Source: a virus. Taken from it: DNA of 64,000 nt. The notes under the pieces were generated by a model. It saw only the letters and a program-made list of their open reading frames with translations, searched no databases and was not told where the DNA came from. Where the stretch lies: the IMG/VR virus record IMGVR_UViG_3300042561_000572, positions 1 to 64,000 of that record; one strand, written 5' to 3'. The position numbers and the translations under genes are program-made. Positions 61,181-64,000 of this stretch are shown in pieces (position 1 is the first letter of the stretch; every line of letters starts with the position of its first letter).

Positions 61181-61211
61181 CAATATATAAATAAGAGAAG
61201 ATAAACATACA

Positions 61212-62033
61212 ATGTTAGACATTTATAAAGCTCCTGTTAATAATATAGGATTGGACCCTATACAAGGTTTTGACATTGCTGCTTGGATGCAAGATTCAGC
61301 AAGCGGTCAAATAGCTTTGTTTGGTGACTTTCAATCTATTACATTAACAATTAGAGATAGTACAGAAACTTATTTACCATTAGGCACCAGATTTCCAGTG
61401 TACTTAAATGGTGAAATTCAAATAGCATTTGTTATTGAACAAGGTTTAGTTGATATGAACTTCATGCAAAGAACCTTTGGTGTTCAGAACATGGTAAGAG
61501 AACAACTTGTTACTAGAGGTCCTAGATTCCAACTTACATTTGATGCTAATGCCTATGAACTAAATAAAAATTATGTAGACATTGCTAATGAGAGTGGTAA
61601 AGTATCGACTGAAATAAACTATAGAACAGGTGGTACTACTTTTAATCAAATTGTAGGTGGATCAAATGCTAAATTTGCTAAAAGCAGCTTAGGGGGGTCT
61701 GGTAACGAAAAAGTTAATAAAGGTCAAGTTCCTCTTGCACAAGGTAGATATGAACTACAAAGATGTAAGATTGACTCTTTATCTGTTGGTATCATGCCTG
61801 GTAGAAGAGTTATAGCACAACGTTGGGAAGGAGTAGCAGAAGGTATTAGATTTATACCTGAATCTTTACAAGACTTTAGAAGTAATAATCCTGATAATCC
61901 TGGCCCTGCTTTTAGAGGCGGTAATTTAACTAGTGATGGTAGTGGTAATATTAGTGTTGGGCTTCCAGCTAATACAATTACTAATATTAATAATATTAAT
62001 ACTGGTGGTGGTATTGGTGGTATTTTAGTTTAA
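61212..62033 (+). CDS. Tail tube protein
   Basis: Follows sheath; FQSITL..ETYLPLG..YLNGEIQI. Confidence 0.8.
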   Translation: MLDIYKAPVNNIGLDPIQGFDIAAWMQDSASGQIALFGDFQSITLTIRDSTETYLPLGTRFPVYLNGEIQIAFVIEQGLVDMNFMQRTFGVQNMVREQLVTRGPRFQLTFDANAYELNKNYVDIANESGKVSTEINYRTGGTTFNQIVGGSNAKFAKSSLGGSGNEKVNKGQVPLAQGRYELQRCKIDSLSVGIMPGRRVIAQRWEGVAEGIRFIPESLQDFRSNNPDNPGPAFRGGNLTSDGSGNISVGLPANTITNINNINTGGGIGGILV

Positions 62034-62127
62034 TTTTATAACTTATAAAATTAAATTAAAAGTTTATATATAAATATATAAATATAATAAAAAGAGTGTT
62101 ACTATATATTTAGTACACTCTTTTTTA

Positions 62128-62586
62128 ATGAATAATATTAATAATATGTTTGATCAAATAGCTAAAGAAGTTATCTTATATACAGTTGCACATAACCAAC
62201 CAGATAAGATCATTGGAACATTTAAAGACATTAGCACTAAAATAAACACTAAATCAGGAGTGTTATTAGATGGTGAATGTTATATTACATTTCAGCTAAA
62301 AGATGGTAATTTAACATTACAAAACTTAAAAGATAAAGTGTTTTACATTACATTTGATCTTCAAAAGAATGATACAAGATGTGTTTTAAGACTTTGTAAA
62401 TTAATTGATGATCAATGTAATAATGAAGTATTAGCTGGTAATGCTGATAATATGGGAAGTATTCCACAATCAATACAAACTTTTAAAGATAACATTGATA
62501 AGATAAATAAAGCATTAGAACTAGGAATAGTTAAACTAGATCAATCATTTGAAGACTTTAAAACATTAATCAGTAAACAAAAATGA
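62128..62586 (+). CDS. Divergent tail-tube-like paralog
   Basis: GTFKDI..LLDGE..LCKLID..IPQSIQTF parallels the tube. Confidence 0.55.
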   Translation: MNNINNMFDQIAKEVILYTVAHNQPDKIIGTFKDISTKINTKSGVLLDGECYITFQLKDGNLTLQNLKDKVFYITFDLQKNDTRCVLRLCKLIDDQCNNEVLAGNADNMGSIPQSIQTFKDNIDKINKALELGIVKLDQSFEDFKTLISKQK

Positions 62587-63029
62587 TAGAAACAACAACA
62601 AAAGATGTCATTGTTTATACTTTACAAGATGACAACAAGATAAACATTATAGGTGAGTTTGAAAATATAACTTTATGTGTTAGAACTACTACTAATAATA
62701 ATATTTACTTAGAAGGTGAAACAAGGGTTGCATTTGTATTATATAAAGGTGTTATTAAGTTTAATAATCAAGAACTAAAACCTAATACATTTGTAACAAG
62801 AGGCCCAAGATTTAATATTAGTTATGATTCTTATGAAATAAATTTTAATAATAATAAAGTTATAGGTGATGTAAAAGGTAGATATGAATTAGGTAGATGT
62901 ATGATTGATACTACATCTACAGGAGATATAGTTGGTAGAAAAGTTGTAAGTCTTAGAGTTGAAGGTGTAGCTGAATACATCAAATTCATACCACAAACAG
63001 TTGAAGACTTTATTACTAGTAATAAATAA
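62583..63029 (+). CDS. Tail-tube paralog
   Basis: Shares VTRGPRF, GRYELxRCxID, EGVAExIxFIP with 61212-62033. Confidence 0.85.
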   Translation: MIETTTKDVIVYTLQDDNKINIIGEFENITLCVRTTTNNNIYLEGETRVAFVLYKGVIKFNNQELKPNTFVTRGPRFNISYDSYEINFNNNKVIGDVKGRYELGRCMIDTTSTGDIVGRKVVSLRVEGVAEYIKFIPQTVEDFITSNK

Positions 63030-63139
63030 GCACACAATTACATATCACAAAAGACTGTAGTATACTAATACATACAGTCTTTTTAATGCAAATAAATACA
63101 CAATATTAATACTTAAATTAATAAATACATAAATAATAT

Positions 63140-64000
63140 ATGTCTAAATTTTACTCAGATAAAGCGCCAACACCAGTCTTTGCAGTTACATTTGTAAGTA
63201 ATAGAGATGGTATTATACCTAAAGAAAAAGTACAAACTAGTAGCAAAAGTACTACTCCTCAACAAAATGAAGAAGATATTACTAATCCAAACTTTAAATC
63301 TAGTGATTATAAAGAGGGAATAGAAGCAGGAGAAAAAGATTTATTAAATAAGATTGCTTCAATTAAAAAGACTCAAAGGAATAATCCAACACCAGATGAA
63401 AAGAAAAGATATGATGAAGCTTTAACTGATTATAGAAAAGCTTTAAGAGAGTTTAGAGAAAAGAATATGCCAACCTTTTATGGACCTTCTAATTCTTCTA
63501 CTCCAACTATACCTACCAAAGATAGTGAATACTTAATTTATTCTAATTTACAAATACAAAAAACAGATGATCCAACTGACTTATCACAACAATCTAATTG
63601 GTATTTAAGAGAAGCTGAAGTTGAATTAACTAGAGATTGGCCCATTCAAAAGGCCAAGTTAATTGTAACTTGTAAGCTATTAGATAATGGCTCTATACCA
63701 CCTTTAGTTGAAGTTGAGAATGGTTTTGTATATGAGAAAAATAATCAGACTCAAGTGTTTACACCTGTCACTGGAGGGCGCTTCTTATCAGCAGATGATG
63801 AAGTGAGAATATATGCTGGTTATAAGAATGATCAATGTATTAGTATGAATGATTTAGATAAATATCCATTTGATTTTACTAACTTAGAAGCTACAAAACC
63901 AATACCACCAATAGTTGAAGCTCAAGTAAAGTTCCTAGAAAAGCAAGTAGTTGCTATACAAAATGCTATAGATGCTATAAACAATCCTCTAACAGATCCA
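63140..64000 (+). CDS. Partial ORF, putative baseplate hub/tail protein
   Basis: ATG 63140 (MSKFYSDKAP...), open to window end; DEVRIYAGY motif. Confidence 0.55.
   Translation, partial: MSKFYSDKAPTPVFAVTFVSNRDGIIPKEKVQTSSKSTTPQQNEEDITNPNFKSSDYKEGIEAGEKDLLNKIASIKKTQRNNPTPDEKKRYDEALTDYRKALREFREKNMPTFYGPSNSSTPTIPTKDSEYLIYSNLQIQKTDDPTDLSQQSNWYLREAEVELTRDWPIQKAKLIVTCKLLDNGSIPPLVEVENGFVYEKNNQTQVFTPVTGGRFLSADDEVRIYAGYKNDQCISMNDLDKYPFDFTNLEATKPIPPIVEAQVKFLEKQVVAIQNAIDAINNPLTDP

Overview
AT-rich segment of a large tailed dsDNA phage with a contractile tail (myovirus). The host cannot be determined from the sequence. 1-25.7 kb is a leftward, early-type arm: small accessory genes, tRNAs and tRNA-like RNAs, several long structured intergenic regions, a 1546-aa DxDGD RNA polymerase-like protein, a protein kinase and a stand-alone LanKC/OspF-type phospho-Ser/Thr lyase-like protein. 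Almost every unit there is preceded by a conserved GCCCTTTTAT hairpin element. A rightward three-gene module with a divergent family-A-like polymerase interrupts this arm at 7.2-9.4 kb. From 26 kb: an HTH protein, a PAAR spike, a 4035-aa minus-strand protein combining PLD (HKD) motifs with a DFDGD RNA polymerase motif, tail chaperones with a GGGAAAG -1 frameshift, portal, a minus-strand cassette (SWIM, paralog array, Dps), prohead protease, major capsid, GIY-YIG endonuclease, neck genes, tail sheath and three tail-tube-like genes. CG dinucleotides are strikingly rare. All functional calls come from motif recognition by eye; no searches were run.
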